This document shows, in pieces, positions 39,250-53,490 of a stretch of 64,000 nt of DNA. The stretch is from the NCBI RefSeq assembly GCF_004010195.1, contig NC_057750.1:11693144-11757143 (forward strand). The letters are read 5' to 3'. The notes beneath the pieces were generated by a model, which ran no database searches, had not been told where the DNA came from, and was given only the letters and a program-made list of their open reading frames with translations. The stretch is from Chiloscyllium plagiosum. Lineage: Eukaryota. Made by a program: the position numbers and the translations under genes. Each line of letters opens with the position of its first letter. Within the stretch, counting starts at the first letter, position 1.

Positions 39250-41230
39250 AGATGGGCCACTTGGCATCGACCTAAGCACCAGAAACAATAAGAGCAAAAT
39301 CAGCCCTGTTGAACATCCTTGCTAACATCTGGGGCGAGTGCCAAAAGTGGGACAGCGGTCTCACAGCTCGAGACCCCATCAGGTCTCATGGCTTCAGATC
39401 AAACATGGGCAAAGAAGCCTCCTGCTGATTAACACAAACCAGCCTCCCTCAGCTGATGAATCAGTACACCTCCATGTTGAACAACACTTGGAGGAAGCAC
39501 TGACAGTGACAATAGTAGATAATGTACTCTGAGTTGGGGATTTCAGTGCCAACCACCAAGAGGAGATCATCAACAGGGCTATTGATCAAGCTGTTCAGGT
39601 CCTAAAGGACATAGTTGCTAGACTGGGTCTGTGGCAGGTGGTGAGGGAACTAACAAGAGGGCATAACACACTTGACCTTATCCTCATCAATCTCCCGGTT
39701 GGAGATGAATCTGTCCATGACAGTATCAGTAAGAGGTGACCAATGCACAGACCTTGAAGAGACAAAATCCCATCTTCACATTGAGAATACCCTCCATCAT
39801 GTTTTGTGGCACAATCACTGTGCTAAATGGGACAGACTTTGAACATGAGGTCCGGTGGGCCATCAACAACATCAGAACTGTATTCCAACACAATCTGTAA
39901 CCTCACGGCCTCACATATCCCTGAGTTAGCCATGATGTCAAGCTGTGGATCGACCCTGATTCAATGGAAAGTGCACAAGAGCATGCCAGGAGCAGCACCA
40001 GGCATACCTAAAAATTAGGTGTCAACCTGGTAAATCTATTTATGAACAAAGCAGCATACACAGTAAGTTACAGACAAAGCTAAGTAATCCCACAACCAAA
40101 ACTGGAATCAATGGGAACTCACTGCTGATTGGAGTCATACCTGGGCACAAAGGATGGCCATGGTTGTTGGACATCAGTCATCTTAGCTCAGTACATCTCT
40201 GCAGGAGTCCCTCAAGGTAATGTCCTCGGGCCAACATCTTCAACTGCTTCATCAATGACTTGCCTTCCATCATAAGATCAGAAGTAGGGCTATTTGCCAA
40301 TGATTGCACAATGTTCAGTAATATTTTGGACTCTTCAGATACTGAAGCAGTCCATGCTCAAATGCAACAAGCTTTGGACAATATCCAGGTTTGGGCTGAC
40401 AAGTGCCAAGTAACATTCCTGCCACACAAATGCCAGGCAATGACCATCTTCAATCAGAGACAATCTAAGCACCACCCCTTAACACTCAATGGTGTTACAA
40501 TCACTGAATCCCCACTATCAACAAGCTGGGGGTTATCATCAACAGAAACTCAATTGGAAATGGCATATATATGCAATGGCTACAAGAGCAGGTCAGAGGC
40601 TAGGAATACTGCAGCGTGTAACTCACCTCCTGACACCCCAAAGCCTGTCCACTGTCTACAAGACACAAGTCAGGAGTGTGATGGAATACTGCTTAAAAAT
40701 GTGTTGCTGGAAAAGCGCAGCAGGTCAGGCAGCATCAAAGGAGAAGGAGAATCGACGTTTCGGGCATAAGCTCGAATGGATGGGTGTAGCTCCAATAAAA
40801 CTCAGAGAGCTTGACACCGTCCAGGACAAAACAATCCACTTGATTGACGCCGCACCTACACTTCCTTCACCACCAACACTCAGTAGCAGCAATGTGTACA
40901 AAATGCATTGCTGAAATTCAGCAAAGATCCTTCCTTCCAAACCAATGACCACTTCCATCTGGAAGGTCAAGGCAGCACAGAAATGAGAATACCCATGACC
41001 TGCAAATTCCCCTCCAAACTACTGTTCATCCTGACTTGGAAATTTATTGCTGTCCCTTCACTGTCACTAGATCAAAATCCTGGAGTTTCCTCCCTAAGGT
41101 CAAACAGGCTTATTTACAGCACATGGATTGTAGCAGTTCAAGAAGGCAGCTCACCACCACCTTAGCAAGGGTAATTCGAGATGGGCAATCATTGCTGTGC
41201 AGCCAGTGATGCCTATGTCCCATGAGTGAA
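39250..41230 (+). mobile_element. Decayed CR1-group LINE of a second family (APE and RT remnants); related pieces at about 2290-3610 and 51420-52290 (-)
   Basis: GDF / LDLILIN endonuclease-like remnants, GVPQG, PSIIRSEVGLFANDCTMF (degenerate FADD), LSTVYKTQVRSVMEY. Confidence 0.8.
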
Positions 41231-43969
41231 ATTTTAAAAAAACTTAGTAAAGATGCCCTCTCCCAGATGGCGGGAGATGATGATGTAATGTTACTGGACT
41301 AGTAATCCAGAGGCCTGCCTAATACTCCAGGAACATAGATTCTGTGAAATTTAAATTCAAGTCATAAAATCTGCAATTGAAAGCTCATTTCAATAATAAT
41401 AGTGACCATGAAATATTATCAATTGATCTTTTTAAAAAAAACTATCCCTTATGGAAGGAAACCTGCCATTCTTGCTTTCTCAGCCCTACATGTGATTCCA
41501 GACTCACGTGTAACTGTTAACTGCCCTCTGCAATGGCCAAGCAAGCCACTAAGTTCAAGGACAAGGAGAGATGGCAACAAATGATTGTCTTGCCGGTGAA
41601 ACCCACATCCCATGAGAAAATAAATGGAATAAGACTTTAAACAAAGCCTCTATCAGTTGTATCTCGGAGGGACATAAAACATCATGGTGCAATTTTGAAT
41701 AACAGTCTCCTGGCCAATATTTATCTCTCAACTAAAAGCAGGTAATCCATTAGTAATTGCTGTTTGTAGGCAATTACTTGTGGAAATTAATGGCAATAAA
41801 AACAATTAAGTTAGTTAAAGTTCTTTATTGGCTGTAAAACATGTCCTGAGTTGTGAAAGATGCTATGCAAATGCAAGTCTGTCCTTACACCAACAATTAT
41901 TTGAATTTGCAACATGTATGGAGCAAACCTTTGGTTTAATGCTGGCATGTCCACCTCTGAGCAAAAGGTACAAGGTTAGAACATAAAAAAAAATTGTTCC
42001 TGAAATATAGGCATCATTGCCCATCCCTAGTTGCCCTTGAGAAGGTGGTAGTGAACTGCCTTCTTGAACCACAGCAGTCCTTAGGATATAGAGACACTCA
42101 CAGTGATTTTAGGAAGGGAGTTCCTTGATTTTGACCAAGGGATAATGAAGGTACCACCAATGTAATTCCACGTCAGGAATCAGCTTGGTTCAGAGGTGAC
42201 TTTGTAGGTGGAGGTGTTCCAATGCATCTGCTCGTGTCCTTCTAGGTGGAAGTGGTTGCAGATTTGGAAGGTGATGTTGGATGATCCTTGGTGAACGAAT
42301 GCTCCAGATTGATTGATTGAATGGAGATTAGTACTCTGGTTCTGAATTCTGGATTAACATCAATTAGGATACGTGTTGAATATTTTTAGCTGTGTGAGCC
42401 CTTGCAAGAAAGCTTGCAAGACTGACCACACTCTTGGAGAGTAGACAGATATTTACAGACACGAAAGGATCATCATGGTCTGCAGACCATTAACTGGTCC
42501 ACCGTGCCAGTTTATTCACTGCCCCCCAGTGTTCTCGAAAGGAATTGCAAGAAGATGCAGCAACATTGTGAATTTATCAGTAGTAACCAGGGGGATTTCT
42601 TTGAGTAATTGAGTGGTTGGCCGGGAAAAGGAACAATTATTATACAGCTAAAGTGATATTTAGTCCGAGTGTGGTTTTTCAGTGACAGTGCTGTGTTTGT
42701 ATTTCTTTGTCTCACTTGAATAATTGAAAGCACGCCAGGCTGAAATACTGCACCCTTTGTCTCAATCGTATAAACAGCCATTGAAGGCTGTTTCTTCGGC
42801 CGATACACGCACACAGAGCCTCAGTGATGTGAAACTTGCTGCTATGACAACCTATGGCTACAGCACCAGACTTGAGGGACTGTGACTGTTGAAAATGATG
42901 ATCTATGACATGACTGTCAACCAATCAGTATGGACACCTCAACAATGCAAGAGGGCTAAGTTAAAGTGTTGAGGTCAACAACGCTTATTTAAACAATCGG
43001 AAAAAAACTTGCCTTTCAGCAGTGTCCACTCGGGAGGTGGGGTTTTCCTAATGCACGTCGCTGAAACAGAAACTTTGGTCTCCTCTGCTCAGTTGACTGC
43101 TAGTTTTTTTTAATGTGGGCAAGAACAAACAAAATGATGCATCGGACTGTGGTTGTTAGTCCCCCTTATAAGGAATAGAAAAAAATATTGAGGGTGTTTC
43201 CAGAATCAAATACTGATTATAATGGAGCCATGTGCACTCCCTTTAAGAATTCAACTGATATAGGTATTTTAATTCAGTTTTCTCTAATGTCCTGCTAAAA
43301 AATCAGATAATCTGTTTTATTTAATTAAACAGCATCAATGTGAAATTTGAGTATACCAGTTGCAATGCTAATGATTTGAAACTTGCAAAGATATCTCAGT
43401 GGGTTAGAATCAAATAGTTGATCAGATCACATAGACGAATTTCTTCCTCCTGATTAAGCTTTTAGTTATTTCTGCTGTTCTTTATATTCTGACCGGTTGT
43501 CTGACCTGCCACGTATATTTGCACAGTTATGATCTTTTTTCTTAAGTTCTTTAACCTCTTTCTTAGAGGAAGGAAAGGGTAAGAGAAAAGAAGAGTATTA
43601 TGAAAATGGATTCATGGTCATTAACATAGTTTTAATTCCAGATTATTTTTGAATTGAAATTCCACTATCTGCCATGGGAGATTTGGATGGAGATCCCCAT
43701 AACATTACCTGGCTGTTTAGCAACAATACGGCTGCAACATCATCTCCCCATCCTTATTCTCCTTAGGTTTTTCTGCCTGTCATCGAGTCATACAGTGCAT
43801 AAAAGGCCCTTCAGCCCATCAAGTCTGCACTGACAATACCTTCCACTGCAGGTGCACTAATCCCAATTTCCTGCACATGTCCCATATCCTTGAACGTTAT
43901 GATATTTCAAATGCTCAACCAAATATTTATTAAAGGTTGTAAGGTTTCTGGCTTCCACTACCTTCATAG

Positions 43970-44470
43970 GTCCTCTGCAATTTCTAATAACCTTTCTCAC
44001 TGTCCGCAATACCGCTTATTTTAGTGCCATAGACAAGTGTGAGGTCTTGCATTTTGGAAAGCCAATTCAAGTATGAGTTTCATGGCGAATGGTGGAGTCT
44101 TAAGGAGTCTGGTGGAATAGAGCGACCTTGGAGTTCAGGTGCATGGTTCTCTGAAAGTGAGGTCATGGGTAGACCGGGCAGTGAAGAAGGCTTTTTAGCA
44201 CACTGGCCTTCATCAGTCAGGGCATTCAGTATAGAGGTTGGGAAGTTATGTTGCAGTTGTACAGGACATTGGTGAGGCACACTTGGAATATTGTGTTCAG
44301 TTCTGGTCACCTTACTATAGGAAGGAAGTTATCTTAGACTGGAAAGAGTGATGAAGAAATTTACAAGGATGTTGCCAGAACTCAACAGTCTAAGTTATGG
44401 GGAGAGGTTGGACAAGCTAGGCTCTTTAAAGCATAGGAGACTGAGGGGGGAACTTATAGAAGTGTAAAAG
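43970..44470 (+). mobile_element. CR1 LINE fragment with a short inverted 5' segment
   Basis: DKCEVLHFG.. on + from 44031; 43970-44029 is upstream RT sequence on -. Confidence 0.75.
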
Positions 44471-45540
44471 TGAAAATTAGGAAAGTGAAAAATGACACTT
44501 CTGACAGTATAGCACCCTCTTAGTACAGCACTAGAGTTTAAGCCTTAATTATAGGTCTCGAATGGCATTTAAAAGCACAATTTCTGACTCAGAGGCAAGA
44601 GTACAATCAGAGACAAGGCTGAAACTTTTAAAAACAGTTTTATTTTGTAATTTATTCACAGGATTCTGGTGCTACTAACAAGATCAACATTTATTGCCTC
44701 GTCATATATCCACTCAAGAAAGTAGGGTTGAGCCACCTTCTTGAACCATCAAGTTTGTATGATAAATGGGCTTTCATCGTGCTGTTAGGAAGGGATTTCC
44801 AGAATTTTTAAATTCTTTGTCAATGAAGAAGCAGTGATATTATTCCAAGCCAGGATGGTGTATCACTTGGAGGGGATGGTGCTCTCTTCCTCCCCTTGGG
44901 TGATAGAGGTTGTGGGTTTGGTGAGTCAGTAGCTGAAATATAGCCACAAACTGAATGATGGCATTGGATTCTAACTCGTATGAAACAATTAGTCATCTCG
45001 TGGGTGGGCTGGCTTAACTGCCTGTCCAGAAACTTGAGATAAAACTGTGGATGCAGGATGTGGGCAGCTAATGTACCCTTGACGTATCCATTAGAATTAG
45101 ATAGTCAAGGTCTGAATTGGAGTTTGAAACCACAATCTCAAACGCAATTATTGAGTCAAGGCTGATACTTAAAGAGGATATTTTATAACAGGCATTCCAA
45201 TATTGACAAAAGGACCAATGATAGGAAGTTACATTACATCTCTAATCTAACTAAATTGAAAGAGAAAGATAAATTTGCATTTCTATTCTGATGAGTCATA
45301 TTGGACTTAAAACTCAGTTTCTGTCTCCAAATTTGCTGCCAGACCTGTTGAGTTTCTCCAGCACTTTCTGTTTCTGTTTCCATTCTGTATCTCTTTCATG
45401 ACTACTGGATGTCTCAAAGCACTTCATAGCCACTGGAATAAGTGTTGTCATTGTTGTCATGTGGAAGATGTGGCAGCAAGTTTGTGTACAGCAATCAGCA
45501 ACCTGATAATGGCAGGTAATCTTTGTCTGTGACATTAGGT

Positions 45541-45800
45541 GATGAGTATGGAATTTGCACATTCTCCTTGTGTCTGCGTAGGTTTCCTCCGGGTGCTTCT
45601 GTTTTCTCCAACAGTCCAAAGATGTGCAGGTTAGAGTGGATTGGTTATACTAAATTGCTCAAAGTGACCAGGGATGAGCAGGCTTGGTTGGTTAGCCATG
45701 GGGATAAGGTGGGGTGATGGGTCTGGATGGGATGCTGTTTGGAGGGTCAGTGCAGACATGACAGGCTGAATGGCCTCTATTTGCTCTGCTGTGATTCTGT
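45541..45800 (+). mobile_element. 5'-truncated HE1/V-SINE-like SINE
   Basis: V-domain and tail present, tRNA head absent. Confidence 0.75.
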
Positions 45801-46488
45801 AATCATCAACCAGGATTCTGGAAATATTTCTTCCACAAAGTAGTGCTATGACATATTTTACATCTGAGGGAGGCAGGTGGAGTCTCAATTAATCCTTTCT
45901 TGTGAAAAATGGATGAATTGAAATTAATTGGGACGATTATTATACTTTTCAGTAGGCTACAGGAGTGTTGGCTCTGTACATTGAACAAACAGATGCATCA
46001 CTTTCAAGAGGTTGATAGTGACTTATTTTGAAGTATAGATCAGTATTGCAGCGCCCCCTGTCCTGTACCCAAGTGAAGATGACTGGCATTCAGAGACCAA
46101 AGGACTTGGCGGCTAGGTCTTGTTCTAAAATCTTCATTTATTTGTAAGGCCATGATAGCATTTCTTCTGTCCCCTGAGATGTGAAAATGAAATGTTGTTC
46201 TGGGACAGTACATATTTGTAACACAATTATTCTCTCCAGTCAATGTAACATTTCTTAGCATGAATTTGTTTGGTAATGAAAAATACAATGTTTCCCTGAG
46301 CGAAGGTGAGGACAAATGGTGGACAGCAATATTCTAATTGGCTTTGTATCAACCATGAGTTCATAAGAAACATTCCAGATTCGAGGCGAGTTGTTATTTA
46401 GAGTTTCTATCGACTTATCAAAATAATTAGTGTTGATTATTGTCCCTTACAGAAAATGTTCAAGATATTCTCTAATATGTCATTTGTT

Positions 46489-46800
46489 GGGGCGGCATGG
46501 TGGCTCAGTGGTTAGCACTGCTGCCTCACAGCACCTGAGTCCCAGGTTCGATTCCAGCCTCTGGCAACTGTCTGTGTGGAGTTTGCACATTCTCCCTGTG
46601 TCTGCGTGGGTTTAGTCCGGGTGCTCCAGTTTCCTCCCATAGTCCAAAGATGTGCGGGTTAGGTGAAATGGCCATGCTAAATTGTCCATAGTGTTAGGTG
46701 CATTAGTCAGACAGAAATTGGTTTGGTGGGTTACTCTTCGGAGGGTCAGTGTGGACTGGTTGGGCTGAAGGGCCTGTTTCCACACTGTAGGGAATCTTAA
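46489..46800 (+). mobile_element. HE1/V-SINE-like SINE
   Basis: A and B boxes, V-domain, tail. Confidence 0.85.
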
Positions 46801-47056
46801 TCATTGGCTTTTATTGCAATGGGGTTAGAGTACAGGAGCAAGGAAGTCTCACTGCAGTTATACACGGCCTTGGTGAGACCACATCTGGAGCTCTGTGTGT
46901 AGTTTTGGTCTCTTTACCTGAGAAAGAATGCACGTGCCAAAGAAGGAATGCAGCAAATGTTCACCAGTCTGATTCCTGGAATGGCAGAATTGTTCTATGA
47001 GGAGAGATTGTGTTGACTTGGCCTGTACTCAGTGCAGTTCAGAAGAATGAGTGAGT

Positions 47057-50000
47057 AGTGATTTTAACCAGCCAGGTGGATCTCATACAAAAGGAGTTCC
47101 CTGATTCGGGGCTGGATAGGTGTTAAGTGTTAGGCATCCTGTTCACTCTGGGAGCTTGCTCTGAGGGAGCTAGATCGGTGTCAAGGGCTCCCCACATGTA
47201 AATAAAGGGTGACTTGATGATGGGATATTGACCATAGTGGGGTTATTTCAGTGGCGATAAGAGAAAGCACACTGCTGAAGAAATTTGCTTGAGTTGGGGT
47301 AAGCATTTCTGCCATCATGCTGCTGATTGGGAAGCTTAACTTGTTTGATGTTGCCATCGAAGACCTGGCCCAATATGTGGAATGAATGTGTCATGTTTTC
47401 CAAGCAAAGGACATTGGGGCAATGAAAGATAACGACTAATAAAAGCAAATTACTGTGGATGCTGGAATCTGAAACCAAAAGAGAAAATGCTGGAAAATCT
47501 CAGCAGGTTTGGCAGCATCTGTAATGAGAGAAAAGAGTTGGCGTTTCGAGTCTTTCTGTCTAATTCTCCTGACAGCTTGTGGACCTGCAGCTTTTTTGGT
47601 TATCCTCCCTCAGTTCGATGATTGCAGGTTAGAATGGATTGGCCATGCTAAATTGTTCATAGTGCCCAGGGATGTGCAGGCTGGGTGGAGTAGCTTTGGG
47701 AAATACAAAATTAGGAGGATTCTGGCGGAGGGGGGGAATGCTGCAGGCTGGGTGCGGTGCTCTTCAGAGGATCAGTGTGAACTTGATGGGCTGAATTGCC
47801 TGCTTCCACACTGTGGGATTCTATGATTAGGAGCCTAACTTTTCTGAGGCATCAGACACTAAAACCTTTCAAAAGCTGACAGATTTAGTTAAGGAATATT
47901 TCAACCCCAACTATCCTCTAATTCTGAGACGCTATTGGTTTTACTCGGCAATACGTAGAATGTGGGGAATCCATATTGGGATTTTTGACTCGGTTAAGAT
48001 GACTGGCAATGGCATGTGACTTTGGTTTAACCATTAATGAGAGAATGTTGACAGATCATTTGATATGTGGGGTTAACGATGTAACCGTACTAGCTGAAGC
48101 TCAACTGGACTTCAAGCAAGCACAACAACTGGCTTTGTCTTTGGAAAATGAGGCAAGTGGAACATGAGTTACAGGGTATTCCAATGGAAGTGAATACCCT
48201 TACCAATCCGACTGAGAGTGGGGAACACCACTTGAGTGAAAGTAACTGCATAGCCTTACTCAGGACGTATCCTGAATAGAGGGTCTCTAAATCAAGCCGA
48301 CATCAAAACAACAAAACAAAGTCAAGCCTCGGCCAAACAGTTAAGATTTTCTTCAGGATCTGGGCTAGCAAGCTGTTGTAGTTGCTACCTTGAGGCACCA
48401 AAGAGTCCTACTTGACCTGAATTGAATGAGAGAACTCATCGGCCTGCATCCAGGAGAATGCACAGCCTGAAATGTCCATTTACATCTGGTTTGGAACAGT
48501 TAAATTGCTTTGCAACATCCAAATCAGAACCAATCAAAATAAACATCTGGTTAAATGGTCACCTGGTTCTAATGGAAGTCGATATTGGTGCGGCCATTTC
48601 AGTGCTTGCAGAACCAGTCTTTAACAAAATTCGCTCTGGACTCCAATCCTTAAGTTTGCACAAGGTCTCAGCTGGACTGAGAATCTATACCAGAGAACTT
48701 TTACAGATTCAGAGAATAACTTTGGTTCCAGTCTCTTATGAGAAGCAGTTCGTGTAACTACCACTGATTGTAGTAAGAGGCTTGAACCTAAGCTTGATGT
48801 GGCAGAATTGCTTGAGATTCTCCTAGATTGGCTCAACATTTCTCAATTAGAAAATGGCTGCCTGAGGGAAGTCTGAATTAATCACCTCGACGATTTTTTG
48901 GGAAAGTCTAGGGACTATCAAAGGAGCCAAGACCACCTTGCATGTTGATCAGGAAGTAATTCCACAATTCTGCAAGGCCTGCGCAATGCCATTTGCTTTA
49001 CCGGACACAACTTCTTGCCAACATCTTCATTTTGGAACCCCTGGATGACCCTGGTGGAATTCAGTCAGTATCTGGCAGCGACCTTTGCTCAGGACAAATC
49101 ACTCTTGCTCTCCATACCATTCTCCACTGTGATCTGATCTCTTTGGGTCCAAGAGTTTCAATTCTGGTTGTTGGATGGCCCTTTGGTTTCCCCTATCACC
49201 ACCAGCTGATTGTTTTTCCAGGACCGGATTTTTTGTGTCCAAAGTCTGAGATTGTTAGTTGCGACTGAAGGTATGTTCAGAAAACTTAAAACCATTATGG
49301 ACTTCTCCAGTGGCTGTATCAACCATGGTGTATCAGCCAATGGGGGGCAGCTCAATGCATCTGCTAACTGGCCTCCTGGACAATGTTCCGATTTGCAATT
49401 ATATGCACTTAGAATTAGAGCTCACAGCTGAATTCAGCCTGAAGCTATGGGCGGCACTGATTTGACCTCTTAATAGATCTAGCAGGTCCATTATTATTAC
49501 AGATTTATGTCCATAAAAGGTATTGGTGGTACTTCCTGACTGCAAATATGACCACCAAAACCTTCCTTCTCTGTCTGGGCATAACCTGCAGTAGCCAAAG
49601 TCCTGGATACATATGCTATCAGGCATTTCTCTCCATTGGGCTATCTATGAGCTGATACCACACTAATGTCATATAGGGAGGAATCGCATGTCTAAATGAT
49701 CCCAAGCAAGATCTGGTCGTGTGCTAACAGCTTAGAGGATGAGAGCTGTTTCTCCACTTTACTGGCAGCTAGATCTAGGCTACACAACTATTTCCAAGGC
49801 TGATCCTTTTTTAAGAGTTGATGCAAAGGGTGCCAGATTGGAGGCCAGGTTATGTATGAACTTTCCGTAATAATTCATCAGCCCAAGGAAAGACCAAAGC
49901 TCAGTATAGAAGTGGGAGCCGGAGTATCTTTGATCACCCTCAATTTATCTTCCAAAGAGTGTAATCTGATCTTGTTGACTTTGTAGCCTAAGTAGGTCGC

Positions 50001-51385
50001 TTGAGGTGCCTGGAACACACATTTTCTAAGGTATACATCTGTCTGGGCAAAATGTCGAAGGACTATGTTCAACTTCTCTAAGTGCTCATTTCGTAGCATA
50101 CTTCTGGGAATCCTCATCAAGTACGCGCAACTGACGTCAAGCTTCATGAAGGACAGTTTTCTATGTGAGGGATTGAATCATTATCCAGCTGTGAGAAGCA
50201 GTTTACCTTGTTTGTTTAAAACCCCCACAAATGCAAACCGACCCACCGGGCTTCATAATTGGTATGACTGGTGCTGCCCATTCTGAAAACTGGACCGGTT
50301 TGATGATTCCTTCGCTTTCCAGCCTTCTGATTTCTGCCTTTTGAAAGCATTGGATGTAGACATAGCTGTGGTGGTGGGGTAGTGTGCAGAGTTTCAACAA
50401 ACTGGCAGCAGCCCCCCCCACATTTGTGTGAATGACCAGGTAAACCCTGGATTCACTTACATGTTGACTGTGCAGGTCCTTTTATGGGCTCAATGATCTT
50501 AATCATTGTGGACGCCCACTCAAAGTGGCTGAATATGCATACAGTTCATTGGTCAAACATGGGGACAATGACAGAAAAACTGTGCACATCTTTTGCAATA
50601 CCCAGGCTCCCGGAAATGTTGGTCGCAGATAACAGGCCATTGTTTACCAGCCAATAGAAAATATTCAACTAAAGTTGAATGGGATTCAATATATAAAGAC
50701 TGCCTCAAATTATCCGATCATCTAGCAAAAAGAGCAGTCCAAATTTTGAAGGCACACTTAAAGAAACAGCCTACAGCTTCACTAGAAGCAAACTTTCCCA
50801 GTTCCTGTTTGATTATAGGACCACCCTCATACAATGACAGGGATAGCTCCAGCAGAGTTGCTAATGGAGAGTAGGCAGGTTAAATCTGATCTTCCTGGAC
50901 CTAAGGGTGGGGTTAGTGAAATGGAATCAAGAACGCCAATGCTGGCACAAGACTCCGCTAAGCGAGTGTGATAGTTTACTTCAGGAGACAAAGTTTGGTG
51001 GAGGAAGCACAGGAATGACATGGGTAAGAGGCATAGTCAATGTGAGGTCAGGTCCACTATCATATAAAGTTTGGATAGGTGTGATGGTCCTGTAAAAGCA
51101 CATGGAACATACGAAAGCTGCAAACTCATAAGTGGTGCAGGAACAAAATTTGCCCAGCTCCTCAACAACCTTTCTGACTGTTCCAGAACTTGTTGGTTCT
51201 GCCTGTCTGTCAACGTTTGAAGATACCTTGGAATCTGAGATGGACACAGCAGGTCTCTTTGCCACCTGAAGAAGACAATGAATTTCTTCTGAGATGCTCT
51301 GGCCACAGGAAGCGAGCTGCTGTATGTTACATGCTACCTGTATTAGAGGCAGAGTTGGAGAAAGCTGACCTGGTGCGACTGAACT
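47057..51385 (+). mobile_element. Decayed Gypsy/Ty3 LTR retrotransposon: 5' LTR, PBS, gag, protease, inverted RT-RNase H, integrase; nested PLE-end and SINE fragments at about 47437-47830
   Basis: LTR ends TTTCA at 47250 followed by PBS-like TGGCG; protease LMEVDIGAAISV; RT EGIIKPVQFSEWAAPVIPIMK; integrase LHVDCAGPFMG..IVDAHSKWL; domain order PR-RT-RH-IN. Confidence 0.9.
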
Positions 51386-52759
51386 TTGTACAATAAATGG
51401 TGAACTTCTCCATTTCTAACCTATGACATCATTGATGAAACAGCTGAAGATTGTTGAACCTAGGACACTACCCTGAGGGACTCCTACAGAGATGTCCTGG
51501 AGCTGAGATGACTGAACTCCAACAACTTTAACCATCTTCCTTTGTGCTAGAAATGACTCCAACAAGAAATTTCCCCATGATACCCATTGATACCATTGGT
51601 TCATCGATAGCATACTCTGTCAAATACAGCCTTGATGTCAAGGGCAGTCACTCTAACCTTCTCTTTGCAGTTCGGATCTTTTGTCTGTGCTTGAATTCAT
51701 GCTGTAAGGAGGTCAGGCCTGGCATAATCTAAACTGAGCTTTACTGAGCATGTTATTGCTAAGCAAATACTGCTTGTCTGCAATGTTGATAACCTTTTCC
51801 ATCACTTTATTGATGATTGAAAGCAGACTGAGGTCATAATTGGCCTGGCTGGATTTGTCCTGTTTTTTATGTAAACACCTGGGCAATTTCCATATCACCC
51901 AGTAGATGCCAGTGTTGTAGCTGCACTAGACCTGTATTAAACTTGACCTTCAGAACTTGCCTAGCAAAGTCTTTAGCACTGTTCCTGAAATGTTGTCAGG
52001 GTCAATAGTCTTTACAGTATTCGGTGACTTTGGCTGTTTCTTGATATCATGAAGAGTGATCAAATGAGCTAAAGACTGACATCTGTGAAGCTGGACACCT
52101 CTGGAGAAGGCCAAGATTGAAGACTGTAACAAATGCCTCAGCTTTTGGAGTGATGCTCCTGCATCATTGAGTTTTGTTGTCATATTTGTGAAGCCTCCTC
52201 GTCCTCCAGTGAGTTATTTAATTGTCTACCTCCATTTACAACTGATGTGGCAACTCTGCAGAGATCAAATCTTCACCGAGGGGACCTTCATGACAATGAG
52301 AAATGTCCTGTGAATAAATATAAATCATATCCCACATTGTTGTATGAACCTATAACTGTTACCTTCTGGAAACACAGAGGCACCATGAGCAAGGGAATAC
52401 CACCACTTTCAATTTCCCTTCCAAGACATGCAACATTTCAACTTGTCAATGTATTGCTGATCCTTCATCATCACTGGGGGTTGGGGGATAGTGGTGAAGA
52501 AGACACCGCAAGTATTTTTTTCTGTCAATTTCAGTCAGTGCAATTCATATTTTATTGAACATAGTGACTCTATTTTCCCCATTCCTTTGCTGTAGTGATT
52601 CTTATTTAAAATCTTTGATTAAGGAAGTGATACTGGTGAACTGATGAAGAGGAGTCATTGGACCCGAAATGTTAACTCTGATTTATCTCCATGTATGCTG
52701 CCAGAAATTTGATTGTTTCTGATGTATGTAGAATAGTGTGTGTTTTGGAGGCCTTCAGT

Positions 52760-53109
52760 GTTGTACCTTCCCTTGCAACAGTAAAAGATGCAAAACTTGC
52801 CAGTACACCAACTCCCCTCCCCTCACCTCAACCAGGGCCCTAAACAGTCCTTCCAGGTGAGACAGAGGTTCACCTGCCTCTCCTACAACCTAAATGAAAG
52901 TGAGGATTGCAGATGCTGGAGAGTAGAGTAGAGTATGTGATGCTGAAAAAGCACAGCAGGTCAGGGAGCATCCAAGGAGCAGGAGAAGCTATGTTTTAGG
53001 AAAAAGCCTAAAACAATCTCCTCCAACCTACTGTATTGTATCCAGTGCTCCCCCTGTGGTCTTCTGTACATTGGTGCGACCAAATGTAAACTCAGGGCAC
53101 GTTTTGCTG
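52760..53109 (+). mobile_element. Penelope-like GIY-YIG fragment with a nested PLE-end insert (about 52893-53016)
   Basis: FPCNSKRCKTC..QGPKQSFQVRQRFTC / YCIQCSPCGLLYIGATK; insert flanked by about 14-bp TSD TCTCCT(A/C)CAACCTA. Confidence 0.8.
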
Positions 53110-53400
53110 ATTAGATTAGATTAGATTAGATTAGTTAGATTATTTACAGTGTGGAAACAGGCCCTTTGGCCCAACAAGTCCACACCGACCCGCCGAAGCG
53201 TATACCACCCAGACCCATACTCCTACATATACCCCTTCACCTAACACTACGGGCAATTTAGCATGGCCAATTCACCTAACCTGCACATTTTTGGATTGTG
53301 GGAGGAAACCGGAGCACCCGGAGGAAACCCACGCAGATTGAAAAACGACCCTCAGACAGGCGTGGCCCCGGGAAGAACCCGGGGCCGCAAAGTGCGTTCA

Positions 53401-53434
<34 letters not shown>

Positions 53435-53435
53435 T

Positions 53436-53490
<55 letters not shown>

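Noticed and set aside
47057..51385. Active or domesticated Gypsy gene
   Set aside because: Many stops and frameshifts, mutated protease motif (DIG), nested insertions, an inversion and no 3' LTR.
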